From the NCBI GenBank assembly GCA_964436545.1, contig CAYTCJ010000001.1:14392-78391 (forward strand): a DNA stretch of 64,000 nt, written 5' to 3'. The notes below the pieces were generated by a model. That model worked only from the letters and a program-made list of their open reading frames with translations. It made no database searches and was not told where the DNA came from. Source of the stretch: an uncultured Candidatus Saccharibacteria bacterium (GTDB taxonomy: Bacteria; Patescibacteriota; Doudnabacteria; UBA920). Position numbers and translations under genes: made by a program. Every line of letters begins with the position of its first letter. Position 1 is the first letter of the stretch. This document shows positions 47,268 to 56,556 of this stretch, in pieces.

Positions 47268-48548
47268 ATGAACAAATTATTGTTAATTTGGAAAACTAAA
47301 GATCTTAGAACCAAAATTCTAATTGTGTTTGGTTTGCTTTTAATTACTCGTGTGTTAGCCAGCGTGCCGATTCCGGGCATTGATGCCTCTAACTTAAAAG
47401 CGCTGTTTCAACAAAGTCAATTTTTGGGTTTGCTAAATATTTTTTCCGGAGGCGGACTTACCAATTTCTCCATTGCCATGATGGGAGTAGGGCCGTACAT
47501 TACCGCATCCATTATTATGCAATTGTTAACGATTATTGTGCCCAGTTTGGCGGAATTACAAAAGGAAGGCGGGGAAGCCGGTAGAGCGCAAATTAATATG
47601 TATACTCGGTATTTAACTATCCCCTTAGCAATTTTGCAAGGTTTTGGCACTATTCGGTTATTGCAAAGCCAAGGGGGAGCTGCGGTGTTGGGCAATTTTA
47701 ATGCTTTCCAATGGTTTGTTACGTTGTTATCCATTACTGCCGGGACTTTGTTTTTAATGTGGCTGGGAGAAATTATGTCCGAATACGATGTAGGTAATGG
47801 AGTGTCTTTAATTATTTTTGCCGGGATTGTGGCTCAATTGCCATCTAGTTTGTTGTTTTTAAAAGATTGGTATGACCCCAGTAAATTACCGGTAGTGTTA
47901 GGTTTTGTGGCTGTAATTTTGGTGGTTATTGCCGGTGTGGTGTTAGCTACCGAAGCTCAAAGAAATGTACCAATTGCATATGCTAAACGGGTGAGAGGAA
48001 ATAAATTGTTTGGGGGAGTAGATACGCATTTGCCTTTAAGGTTAAACCAAGCAGGTGTAATTCCCATTATTTTTGCCATTTCCATTATGCTTTTTCCCGC
48101 TATGGTAGCTCAGTTTTTTATTAACGCGAAGTCGCCTTTCTTAGCTAATAATGCGCAAAGAGTGATTGATTTGTTTAATTCCCAAGGGTGGTTTTACGGG
48201 ATTGTGTATTTTGTTTTAGTGATGGCTTTTACTTATTTTTACACCGCGGTAATTTTTAACCCCACGGAAATTGCAGAAAATGTGCAAAGGAATGGCGGGT
48301 TTATTCCGGGACTTCGGCCTGGCACCCAGACTGCGGAATTTTTAGACAAAGTTTTAAACAGAATAACTTTAGCCGGGGCATTTTTCTTAGCGCTGATTGC
48401 GGTTTTGCCGTTGATTATGCAAAATTTAAGTGGCGCTCGGGCTTTGAGTTTTGGTGGAACTTCGCTCTTGATCGCTGTGTCAGTAGTTATTGAAATAATC
48501 AAAAAGATTGACGCCCAATTGACTATGCACGATTACGAAGGCTTTTAG
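47268..48548 (+). CDS. secY: Preprotein translocase subunit SecY
   Basis: MGVGPYITASII, GNGVSLIIF, AGVIPIIFA and IPGLRPG. Confidence 0.99.
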   Translation: MNKLLLIWKTKDLRTKILIVFGLLLITRVLASVPIPGIDASNLKALFQQSQFLGLLNIFSGGGLTNFSIAMMGVGPYITASIIMQLLTIIVPSLAELQKEGGEAGRAQINMYTRYLTIPLAILQGFGTIRLLQSQGGAAVLGNFNAFQWFVTLLSITAGTLFLMWLGEIMSEYDVGNGVSLIIFAGIVAQLPSSLLFLKDWYDPSKLPVVLGFVAVILVVIAGVVLATEAQRNVPIAYAKRVRGNKLFGGVDTHLPLRLNQAGVIPIIFAISIMLFPAMVAQFFINAKSPFLANNAQRVIDLFNSQGWFYGIVYFVLVMAFTYFYTAVIFNPTEIAENVQRNGGFIPGLRPGTQTAEFLDKVLNRITLAGAFFLALIAVLPLIMQNLSGARALSFGGTSLLIAVSVVIEIIKKIDAQLTMHDYEGF

Positions 48549-48640
48549 GTCCACTGATCACCGATACCGCAGATAACACAGATTTAAAACCAATTTACTT
48601 TCAATAGTAAACCTGCCATAATATTGGCAGGTTTTAAATT

Positions 48641-49006
48641 ATGACTAAAGACGAATTTGAAAATTTAATTACCGATGCGGTTAATGCGCTCCCAAAAACC
48701 ATTCAAGATAAATTGAATAATGTGGAAATTGTTTTGGAAGAGGGTGAGTCGCCGAATAACAGTTTGTTTGGTTTGTATCACGGGGTGTCGCAAATTGCCC
48801 GCGGTTCGGCTTATGGAAGTAGCCCGACTTTGCCGGATAAAATTACCTTGTGGCAGGGAACGATTGAAAAGTTTGCAGGTGAGACATCTAAAATTCCCAG
48901 TTTAGTGAGGCGCGTGGTGTGGCATGAAATTGGTCACCATTTTGGTTTTAATGAGGAAGAAATTAGAAAATTGGAAAAGAAATGGGAAGCCGAGGGGAAG
49001 GTATAG
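48641..49006 (+). CDS. Minimal zincin-like metallopeptidase (DUF1025/Zincin_1 type)
   Basis: LFGLYHG, LPDKITL and HEIGHHFG. Confidence 0.88.
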   Translation: MTKDEFENLITDAVNALPKTIQDKLNNVEIVLEEGESPNNSLFGLYHGVSQIARGSAYGSSPTLPDKITLWQGTIEKFAGETSKIPSLVRRVVWHEIGHHFGFNEEEIRKLEKKWEAEGKV

Positions 49007-49123
49007 ACCACAGATACATTGAGGCATGCAGATTACAGATAAACTGATTAGCTCAGCATTGACAGGTTAATCAATAAGGTGTAAAATTTGGAGTTAATTG
49101 TTAATTTATGGTATAATATTTAT

Positions 49124-49486
49124 ATGGTAGATATAACTCAATATCCAAAGAGACCTGAGCAACCTCGTCGTTTAGAAGTGGAAGCTTTAGGTACAAAGAG
49201 TTCACCAGAAGTAGATAATAGAACAGGGGAAGAATTAGCAGGTGGAGCTAGAACTGAGGTTGCTAAAGCCATTTCTGAACAGGTGGCTCAAATTGAGGCT
49301 GGAGAGGCGCCGGCTGTTGACCCGAATATTTTGAAGGGAGCAAAACAAGAGGCCCAAGATCCAAACGCGCATGTAGATAATTTACAAAGATTTCTAAGTG
49401 CATTAAATAGTGGCGAAGCATTCGATCCAGCAGAACTAACAGATAATGTTTTAAGTCCAGAAAGAGACAAAGCCGGACTGAATTAG
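49124..49486 (+). CDS. Acidic hypothetical protein
   Basis: ATG 6 nt after TGgTATAAT; heads the ATPase operon. Confidence 0.7.
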   Translation: MVDITQYPKRPEQPRRLEVEALGTKSSPEVDNRTGEELAGGARTEVAKAISEQVAQIEAGEAPAVDPNILKGAKQEAQDPNAHVDNLQRFLSALNSGEAFDPAELTDNVLSPERDKAGLN

Positions 49487-49531
49487 AAATAAAATTTTAA
49501 ATTTTTTTGATTAGTAAAAAACAAAAATAAA

Positions 49532-52084
49532 ATGCTCTTGGGTTTCGATGCAGTACAAATTGCCTTTTTAATTTTAGTTGCCCTAGTTATTGTTTTTGGC
49601 TGGGTGTTTTTTTATTTTTTTAAAAAACACGTTTATCATAAAGGGCATGTAGTGCCTCGCACGCTGGATTGGGTATTTTTGGAAATTCAAATGCCCAAAG
49701 AAAATAGTGAAGATAAAGACCAACAGCGAACTAAAAGTGAAGAAGAAAAAAAAGCCCTCATTGCTGTTGGTGAACAACTATTTACGACGCTATCGGAAAG
49801 CGGACACAGTAAGGGGTGGCTCAAGGGTAAGGATTATTATAGTTTTGAAATTGCCTGTACTGATAAGAAAATTTCTTTCTACATTAATTGTCCGAAACAT
49901 TTACAGCAATTGGTGGAAAAACAACTCCAAGCCCAGTATCCTCATGCGTTTGTGGAGCAGGTGAAGGGGTATAATCCGTTTCAAAAAGGTTCAGAGGTGG
50001 AAGCCAAGGAATTACAATTAAATAAAAAATATGTTTACCCGTTTCGCACTTATAAGAACACCGAAACCGATCCGTTAAACGCGCTTACCAATGCCATGAG
50101 TAAACTTCAGGAAGGTGAGGGTGTGGCGATTCAGTATGTTATTAGTCCGGCAGGCACAGCTTGGCAATCTACCCCTCGGCATATGGCTTTGGAAGTCCAG
50201 CAAGGCAAGAATCCGGAGTTAATTGAACGGGGACATATTTACAAAGTGTTTATTGGGTTTCGACGCTTTTTAGCCAGTGTTTTAACCGGCACTACCGGTC
50301 AGCAAAGCCAAGGTTCGCATGTGCATAAAGATTTAAGCGGTTACGGGGCGCCAATTCAACTTACCCCCATGCAACAGGAAATTGTTAAACGGCTCGAAGA
50401 AAAGGCCAGCCGACCGGGTTATAAAATGAACATTCGTTTGGTGACTTCTTCGGTAATTCCGGGAAATGCCAAAATGCATATGCATAATTTGGTTTCCAGT
50501 TTTTTGCAATATAATTTTCCGCCCTTTAACGGTTTAAGGGAAAAACGAAGAAACAAGAATGAAGTGTTGATTGATTACATTTTTCGGGTATTTAGAGATT
50601 ATGGTAAAACCAATATTATTAATACCGAAGAGATGTGCTCGTTGTGGCATTTGCCCACGCCGTTTATTGAGACACCGAATATTAAATGGTTAATTTCCAA
50701 AAAAGCTCCTCCGCCCATTAATGTGCATCAGGCAGGTTTGTTGATTGGTAAAAATATTTATCGGAACGTGGAAACTCCCATTTATATGGGCCGGGAAGAC
50801 AGACGCCGACATACTTATATTTTGGGCAGAACCGGAAGCGGTAAGTCCGTGCTGTTGTCCAACATGGCCATTCAGGATATTAAAAACGGCGAAGGTTTAT
50901 GTGTAATTGATCCGCACGGCGATTTGATTCAAGATATTTTATTAAATTGTCCCAAAGAACGAGCCGAAGACATTATTGTTTTAGAACCGTTCGATATGGA
51001 GCGTCCGATTGGTTTAAATATGCTGGAAGTGGACAGCGAAGAACAAAAAGATTTTGCCGTGCAGGAAATGATTTCGATTTTTTATAAATTGGTTACCGAT
51101 CCGGCCATGCTGGGGCCCATGTTTGAACATAATATGCGTAATGCCATGTTGACTTTAATGGCCGACGAAGAACATCCGGGTACCATAACCGATGTGCCGA
51201 GGATTTTTACCGATACCGAATTTCAACGTTATAAATTATCTAAAGTGAAAGATCACGTAGTGAGATTATTCTGGGAAAAAGAAATGGCGAAAACCTCGGA
51301 TTTTCACAAATCGGAAATGTTGGGGTATTTGATTTCCAAGGTGGGTCGGTTTGTGGAAAATACCATGATGCGCAATATTGTCGGGCAATCCAAGAGTGGT
51401 TTTAATTTTAGAAAAGTGATGGATGAAGGCAAAGTGTTATTGGTAAATTTATCCAAAGGCCGAACCGGTGAAATTAATGCCAAGTTATTGGGGTTAATTC
51501 TTGTTTCTAAAATTCAAATGGCAGCATTATCTCGAGCGGATATACCGGAAGAAAAACGTCGCGACTTTTATTTGTATGTAGATGAGTTCCAAAATTTTAT
51601 TACCGATGCGTTTTCCTCAATTTTATCGGAAGCGAGAAAATATAAGTTAAATTTAATTATCGCACACCAGTATTTGGGACAGTTAGAAACTCAGGCCGGG
51701 GCTCAAGGGGCTGGCAGTAAAGATTTACGCGATGCGGTATTTGGCAACGTGGGGACTATGGTGGTGTTTAGAACCGGAGCGGAAGATAGCGAAGTTTTAG
51801 GCAAGGAATTTAGCCCGACTTTTAACCAGTTTGATTTGGTAAACATAGACAGGTATAATGCTTATGTAAAACTCATGGTCAATGGCACAGCCAGTAAGCC
51901 GTTTAATATGGCGACAATGCCTCCGCGTAAAGAAGGCACGGAAGAAGTCGCCAATGCCATCCGCCAATTGTCTCGTTTAAAATATGGACGAGCCAGAGCC
52001 GAAGTGGAAGCTGAGCTTTTGGAAGCCGGACAAGTGGCAGAGAGTATGGCCGAAGCCTTGCCGGCCATTGAACGAGGTTTGTAA
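49532..52084 (+). CDS. Membrane-anchored VirD4/TraG/HerA-like P-loop ATPase (type IV coupling-protein-like)
   Basis: N-terminal TM, RHTYILGRTGSGKS, IDPHGD, LYVDEFQNF and SEARKYKLNLIIAHQ. Confidence 0.9.
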   Translation: MLLGFDAVQIAFLILVALVIVFGWVFFYFFKKHVYHKGHVVPRTLDWVFLEIQMPKENSEDKDQQRTKSEEEKKALIAVGEQLFTTLSESGHSKGWLKGKDYYSFEIACTDKKISFYINCPKHLQQLVEKQLQAQYPHAFVEQVKGYNPFQKGSEVEAKELQLNKKYVYPFRTYKNTETDPLNALTNAMSKLQEGEGVAIQYVISPAGTAWQSTPRHMALEVQQGKNPELIERGHIYKVFIGFRRFLASVLTGTTGQQSQGSHVHKDLSGYGAPIQLTPMQQEIVKRLEEKASRPGYKMNIRLVTSSVIPGNAKMHMHNLVSSFLQYNFPPFNGLREKRRNKNEVLIDYIFRVFRDYGKTNIINTEEMCSLWHLPTPFIETPNIKWLISKKAPPPINVHQAGLLIGKNIYRNVETPIYMGREDRRRHTYILGRTGSGKSVLLSNMAIQDIKNGEGLCVIDPHGDLIQDILLNCPKERAEDIIVLEPFDMERPIGLNMLEVDSEEQKDFAVQEMISIFYKLVTDPAMLGPMFEHNMRNAMLTLMADEEHPGTITDVPRIFTDTEFQRYKLSKVKDHVVRLFWEKEMAKTSDFHKSEMLGYLISKVGRFVENTMMRNIVGQSKSGFNFRKVMDEGKVLLVNLSKGRTGEINAKLLGLILVSKIQMAALSRADIPEEKRRDFYLYVDEFQNFITDAFSSILSEARKYKLNLIIAHQYLGQLETQAGAQGAGSKDLRDAVFGNVGTMVVFRTGAEDSEVLGKEFSPTFNQFDLVNIDRYNAYVKLMVNGTASKPFNMATMPPRKEGTEEVANAIRQLSRLKYGRARAEVEAELLEAGQVAESMAEALPAIERGL

Positions 52085-52112
52085 AATTTCTAATTCCTAA
52101 TTTTAATCAATA

Positions 52113-52346
52113 ATGGCAGAAGAAAATTATATTAGCATTTTAGGTAAGTTTTTAAGTAATCTGTTACAGAATGGTAAAATTAGCATTAAAGATTCGGTAA
52201 TTATTATGAAGGCCTTTGAGCCGGTGTGTACGAATATAAAAACTCGGCAAGATTTAATTCAGTTTTTAGATAAGTATGTGGGGTATTATTGGGAATTAAA
52301 AACATTAAAAAGTCAGTTATTAGATTCACATCATAAATTTGATTAA
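52113..52346 (+). CDS. Hypothetical protein
   Basis: 77 aa co-oriented ORF. Confidence 0.6.
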   Translation: MAEENYISILGKFLSNLLQNGKISIKDSVIIMKAFEPVCTNIKTRQDLIQFLDKYVGYYWELKTLKSQLLDSHHKFD

Positions 52347-52354
52347 ATAACTTT

Positions 52355-52645
52355 ATGTCAGGACATGGACATGGACATGGGCACGAATCACATGGGGGCG
52401 GGCACGAGTCACACGGTGGCGGTGGGGGTGGTGGTAAAGGGTACTTAGGGAAGTTTTTTAAGGAATTTTCCCCTTTATTTTTAGCCGGCACCATGTTGTT
52501 TAATATGTTTGACCAAAAAGGGGTGGTGGAGTTTGTAAACCACTTTTCTAATCCGGCTGTGGAATTTTTTAGCGCTCCCTTTGTTAAAGGGGGTGGTGGG
52601 GGCGGGGGGCATGGCGGTGGGGGCGGGCACGGGGGACATCATTAA
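52355..52645 (+). CDS. His/Gly-rich small protein
   Basis: GHGHGHGHESHGGGHESH N-terminus and GGHGGGGGHGGHH C-terminus around an amphipathic core. Confidence 0.7.
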   Translation: MSGHGHGHGHESHGGGHESHGGGGGGGKGYLGKFFKEFSPLFLAGTMLFNMFDQKGVVEFVNHFSNPAVEFFSAPFVKGGGGGGGHGGGGGHGGHH

Positions 52646-52733
52646 TTTGCTTTTATTAAATAAATCGTTTATAATAGTTATGTTTTAAACGATAGTTTAG
52701 AAACAAAAAGAAGTATTTAATCAAAATAAAAAT

Positions 52734-53351
52734 ATGGACAATCATTCAAATTTGGCGTTAATCGCCCAAATGATAGATTCGGCGGAAAAGAATATTCAAA
52801 CCGCCAAACAGTTGTTAAGAGAAATGCTGGGCGGGTTGCCGGTTAAAGGCAGTGTGGGGGCTTCGGAAAAAATGCAAAGCTTTGTAGTTTCCGAAGGCGG
52901 AAAAATTATTGAAGGCAGTTTTGACGGGCAAAATATGTCCGGGCCGGATGGTAAGCAATATCCGGTGCCGGCTAACTATGCTTCTAAATCAAAGCTTGTG
53001 GTGGGCGATATTTTAAAGTTAACCATTGCCGAAGACGGCTCCTTTATTTATAAACAAATTGGTCCGGTGGAAAGAAGAAAGGCTTTGGGCATATTAATGG
53101 TAGATGAACGAGGTGATTTTAGAGTCCTCGCAGAAGGTAAGTCCTTTAGAGTGCTTACCGCGTCTTTAACTTACTTTAAGTCCGAACCTGGCGATGAAGT
53201 AACCATTGTTTTACCGGCCACCGGTGACGTAGAGTGGGCAGCCGTGGAAAATGTCATTAAAAAAGGTTCGGGTGGAGCGGTGGTGGATCAGGAAATGTCC
53301 GAGGCTTCGCCTAAAAAGAAACTCAAACTGGATGATGATGAAGAGCTTTAG
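52734..53351 (+). CDS. Conserved CPR hypothetical protein
   Basis: IIEGSFDGQNM..YPVPANYASKSKLV.GD.LKLTI..DGSFIYKQI pattern, which I recall as widespread in CPR. Confidence 0.8.
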   Translation: MDNHSNLALIAQMIDSAEKNIQTAKQLLREMLGGLPVKGSVGASEKMQSFVVSEGGKIIEGSFDGQNMSGPDGKQYPVPANYASKSKLVVGDILKLTIAEDGSFIYKQIGPVERRKALGILMVDERGDFRVLAEGKSFRVLTASLTYFKSEPGDEVTIVLPATGDVEWAAVENVIKKGSGGAVVDQEMSEASPKKKLKLDDDEEL

Positions 53352-53420
53352 TCCACAGATGCACAGATAGCACGGATGGCACCGATTAATATTTGATCTT
53401 CTATAATATGGATCAAAAAT

Positions 53421-54122
53421 ATGGATAAAACTCCATCAGGAACTAATATATCACTAACACAAAAAATCACCGGAATTTTGCAAAGTCAGCCGGTGATTTT
53501 GCAATTTTTTAAGTTTGCCGGCATTGGATTTTTAACCACAGCATTTGATTTTTTATTGTTTAATATTCTCTCCAAGGTTTTGCACATTAGTGCGGGTATG
53601 CCTCTGGCAATAGTTAATATTTTTACTTTTATTTTGGCTTTAGCGCATAGCTTTATTTGGAACGCGAATTGGACTTTTAACAGCCATCAGGCAATTTCTG
53701 AATTAAAGATTTTTGCCCAATCCATCATAATTGGCACAATTGGAGTGGTGGGAGTTTTATTGTCCGTAGTAGGGGGAAAAGTTATGGCGAATTATACTTA
53801 TTATGTAATTATTTTATTGGTGTTGATATGTATGGAAGTGGTGTTGTGGAAGAGTTTTGCCTTAGTCTGGTTTGCGGATAAGACGAAGATGTTTCCCAAA
53901 ACCATTTTAACTTTTATTTTAGTGAGCGTGATTGGCGCGAGTATTAACAGTGGTTTGGTGGGGGCAGTTACCAAATATTATCCGCTTACCGATAATGTGG
54001 ATTTCAACAAAAATTTAGCCAAAGTGTTCGCTAATGCGATTTCTTTAATTTGGAATTTTGTGGGGTATAGGATATTGGTGTTTAAGAAACAACCGCAAGT
54101 GAGTTTGACAAAATTTAAGTGA
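53421..54122 (+). CDS. GtrA family membrane protein with a duplicated domain
   Basis: QFFKFAGIG..SFIWNANWTF and WNFVGYRILVF. Confidence 0.85.
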   Translation: MDKTPSGTNISLTQKITGILQSQPVILQFFKFAGIGFLTTAFDFLLFNILSKVLHISAGMPLAIVNIFTFILALAHSFIWNANWTFNSHQAISELKIFAQSIIIGTIGVVGVLLSVVGGKVMANYTYYVIILLVLICMEVVLWKSFALVWFADKTKMFPKTILTFILVSVIGASINSGLVGAVTKYYPLTDNVDFNKNLAKVFANAISLIWNFVGYRILVFKKQPQVSLTKFK

Positions 54123-54367
54123 TAGCTTATCATAAACTTATGAGTAAAGCAGTAATTAAATTTACAGTTTCCGCTTGGTGGACTTTGCAAATATTCGCAA
54201 AGTCTGTGGTTTAATTTGTCTTTTTCCTTTTTAACCACCTTCTTTGCGAAGGTGGTTTTGTTTTGGCCGGATTCATATCGGTTGTTTGATATGAACAGCA
54301 TCCAGCGCAAAACTACAATGCAGGCGGTAAGTGCGCTTGGGTACTCGCTTGCAAAGAGAGAGGAAAA

Positions 54368-54643
54368 ATGTTTGAGAAAGTGTCCGAAGTGTTGGCGTCA
54401 CTGTGTGTTGACGGGGCCGTTCTGGGATCGGCTACTGTTGAGGTAACACTTAAACGTGGAAGCGTGAGCGTGGCTCACCTTGACATAAGGGTTGAGGCAG
54501 ACGGGAGCTGTAGGATCACCAGTGCATTGGTCGATGAGCAGTTCCACCCAGCGATCAAGGAGACGCTGGAAATGCACAAACCGGATTATGTACAAGTTTC
54601 CGACTTCAGTGTCACGGGGCGTGGACTCTGGGACTTCGATTGA
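54368..54643 (+). CDS. GC-richer hypothetical protein
   Basis: GAGAGGA RBS, atypical codon usage, hairpin downstream. Confidence 0.55.
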   Translation: MFEKVSEVLASLCVDGAVLGSATVEVTLKRGSVSVAHLDIRVEADGSCRITSALVDEQFHPAIKETLEMHKPDYVQVSDFSVTGRGLWDFD

Positions 54644-54772
54644 TATTCATCACGGAGGGTGTGGTTGGCATAAAAACCTACCACACCCAATAAGTTTATT
54701 AACGGAGTAAACCCTAAATTACTAAGTATTTGCAGACTTTTTTTGTTTAAAAAAAAATGGTAATATGTATTT

Positions 54773-56422
54773 ATGTCCGTTTTATATAGAAAATATCGAC
54801 CACAAGTTTTTGCTGAAGTAGTTGGGCAACAGCCAATTATTACCACTTTGCAAAACCAAATTACCACGGGGCGAATTGCCCACGCTTTTTTATTTGTAGG
54901 AAGTCGGGGAATTGGCAAGACTTCCGTAGCTCGCATTTTAGCTAAGGCAATAAATTGTCAATCAGTAAATCAGTCAATCAGTAAATCTGCTAATCAGGAA
55001 CCCTCTTTGTCCCTTAATAGTTCGGGACATCTCCCCCTGTCTGCCGACAAGGCAGGCCCAGAGGGGGAGAAAAATATTGTACAGGCTTTGCCTGATGCCT
55101 TAGGTGAGGCGTGCGGTAAGTGCGAAGTATGCAAAGCAATTGAGCAAGGTAATTTTATCGATTTAGTAGAAATCGATGCCGCTTCCAATACCGGAGTGGA
55201 TAATATTCGTGAATTAATTGAGCACACTAAATTTGCTCCGGCAAAAGCCAAATATAAGGTGTTTATAATTGACGAAGCCCATATGCTGTCTAAGGGCGCT
55301 TTTAATGCTTTGCTAAAAACTTTAGAAGAGCCACCGAGTCATGCCGTATTTATTTTAGCCACAACTGAAGTGGGTAAAGTGCCACCTACCATTATTTCTC
55401 GGACGCAAAGGTTGGATTTCAAGCGCGTTTCCATTGAAGTAATTGAAGCCTATTTGCGTAAAATTTTAGCTTGGGAAACCGCTCAAGTAGATGAGCAAAT
55501 CATTAAGTTAATTGCCGTGAATGCCGAAGGGGGGATGCGAGATGCTTTGTCTTTGTTAGACAAGGTCTTAAGTTTAGGGGCGCAGGCCGAGCTGGAGTCG
55601 GTTTTAAGACTTTTGGGCATAACCAATATTTCCAAAATGGAAAAGTTAGCCGAATTAATTTTTACTCACCAATCTCGCTTAATTCCGACGTTCTTAAAAG
55701 ATTTATACGAAGAAGGAGTAGATTTTATTGCCTTTAATAAGGACTTTTTAGAATATTTAAGAAAATTGTTGATTGTCAAAATATATGAATCCAGTCCGGA
55801 TTGGGGACTGACTCCGGCTCAAATTACTACTTTAGAGACAGTAAGCCATGCTCAAACCGAAGCCAAACTCATTAACACGATTAGATTATTTTTGCGTTCA
55901 TTAAAGGAACAAAATTCCGCGCCGAGTGTGGATTTGCCCGTATTATTAGCCAGCGTAGAAGCATCCTTTAGCCCAACTGCGGGATTGGGAGAAGTAAAAA
56001 AAAAGTCCAGTTTAAGTGAAGCTCCGGTCGTGGCATCTAAGGCTGGCGAAATAACTAGTCCCAGTTTACAGCCAGCGGTTAATTTGGCAGACAGCATAAC
56101 TTTAGAACAAGTTGAAGAAAAATGGACTGCATTTGTACAAGCGATTAAAGCTTTTAACGGACCTTTGGCCAATTTATTACGCACCGCGCAAATTTTTCAA
56201 GTTAAAGTGAGTAAGGTTTTTATTCTGGTTAAATACCAATTTCATAAGCAAAATTTGGAACAAGCCAAAAATAGTGATTTAACCGCTAAGGTGTTAAACG
56301 AGATTTACCATCTGCCTTTGGAATTGATTGTGGTAGTTAAGGAAGAAGCAGAAGATCAAGCGCCCACTAAGGTGGATGTAAGCTCGGCTTTGCAAGTTTT
56401 TGGGGGAGAAGTGATTGAGTAA
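54773..56422 (+). CDS. dnaX: DNA polymerase III subunit gamma/tau with a ~40 aa repeat-derived insertion
   Basis: LYRKYRP, GSRGIGKTS, EIDAASN, IIDEAHML and LLKTLEEPP. Confidence 0.97.
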   Translation: MSVLYRKYRPQVFAEVVGQQPIITTLQNQITTGRIAHAFLFVGSRGIGKTSVARILAKAINCQSVNQSISKSANQEPSLSLNSSGHLPLSADKAGPEGEKNIVQALPDALGEACGKCEVCKAIEQGNFIDLVEIDAASNTGVDNIRELIEHTKFAPAKAKYKVFIIDEAHMLSKGAFNALLKTLEEPPSHAVFILATTEVGKVPPTIISRTQRLDFKRVSIEVIEAYLRKILAWETAQVDEQIIKLIAVNAEGGMRDALSLLDKVLSLGAQAELESVLRLLGITNISKMEKLAELIFTHQSRLIPTFLKDLYEEGVDFIAFNKDFLEYLRKLLIVKIYESSPDWGLTPAQITTLETVSHAQTEAKLINTIRLFLRSLKEQNSAPSVDLPVLLASVEASFSPTAGLGEVKKKSSLSEAPVVASKAGEITSPSLQPAVNLADSITLEQVEEKWTAFVQAIKAFNGPLANLLRTAQIFQVKVSKVFILVKYQFHKQNLEQAKNSDLTAKVLNEIYHLPLELIVVVKEEAEDQAPTKVDVSSALQVFGGEVIE

Positions 56423-56556
56423 GTCCCCATTTTTTTTGGCAAAAGGGCAGTTTTTTGGTATAATTTAGGACATACACATTCCCATTTTTGGCAATTCAAA
56501 ATGGAGTTTAAAAACTAAAAGAGCTATTTTTTAAACAAAATCTATTAAGTAATTCT

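Noticed and set aside
49532-52084. Integrative conjugative element
   Set aside because: No relaxase, integrase, VirB genes or att repeats in the window; composition matches the core genome.
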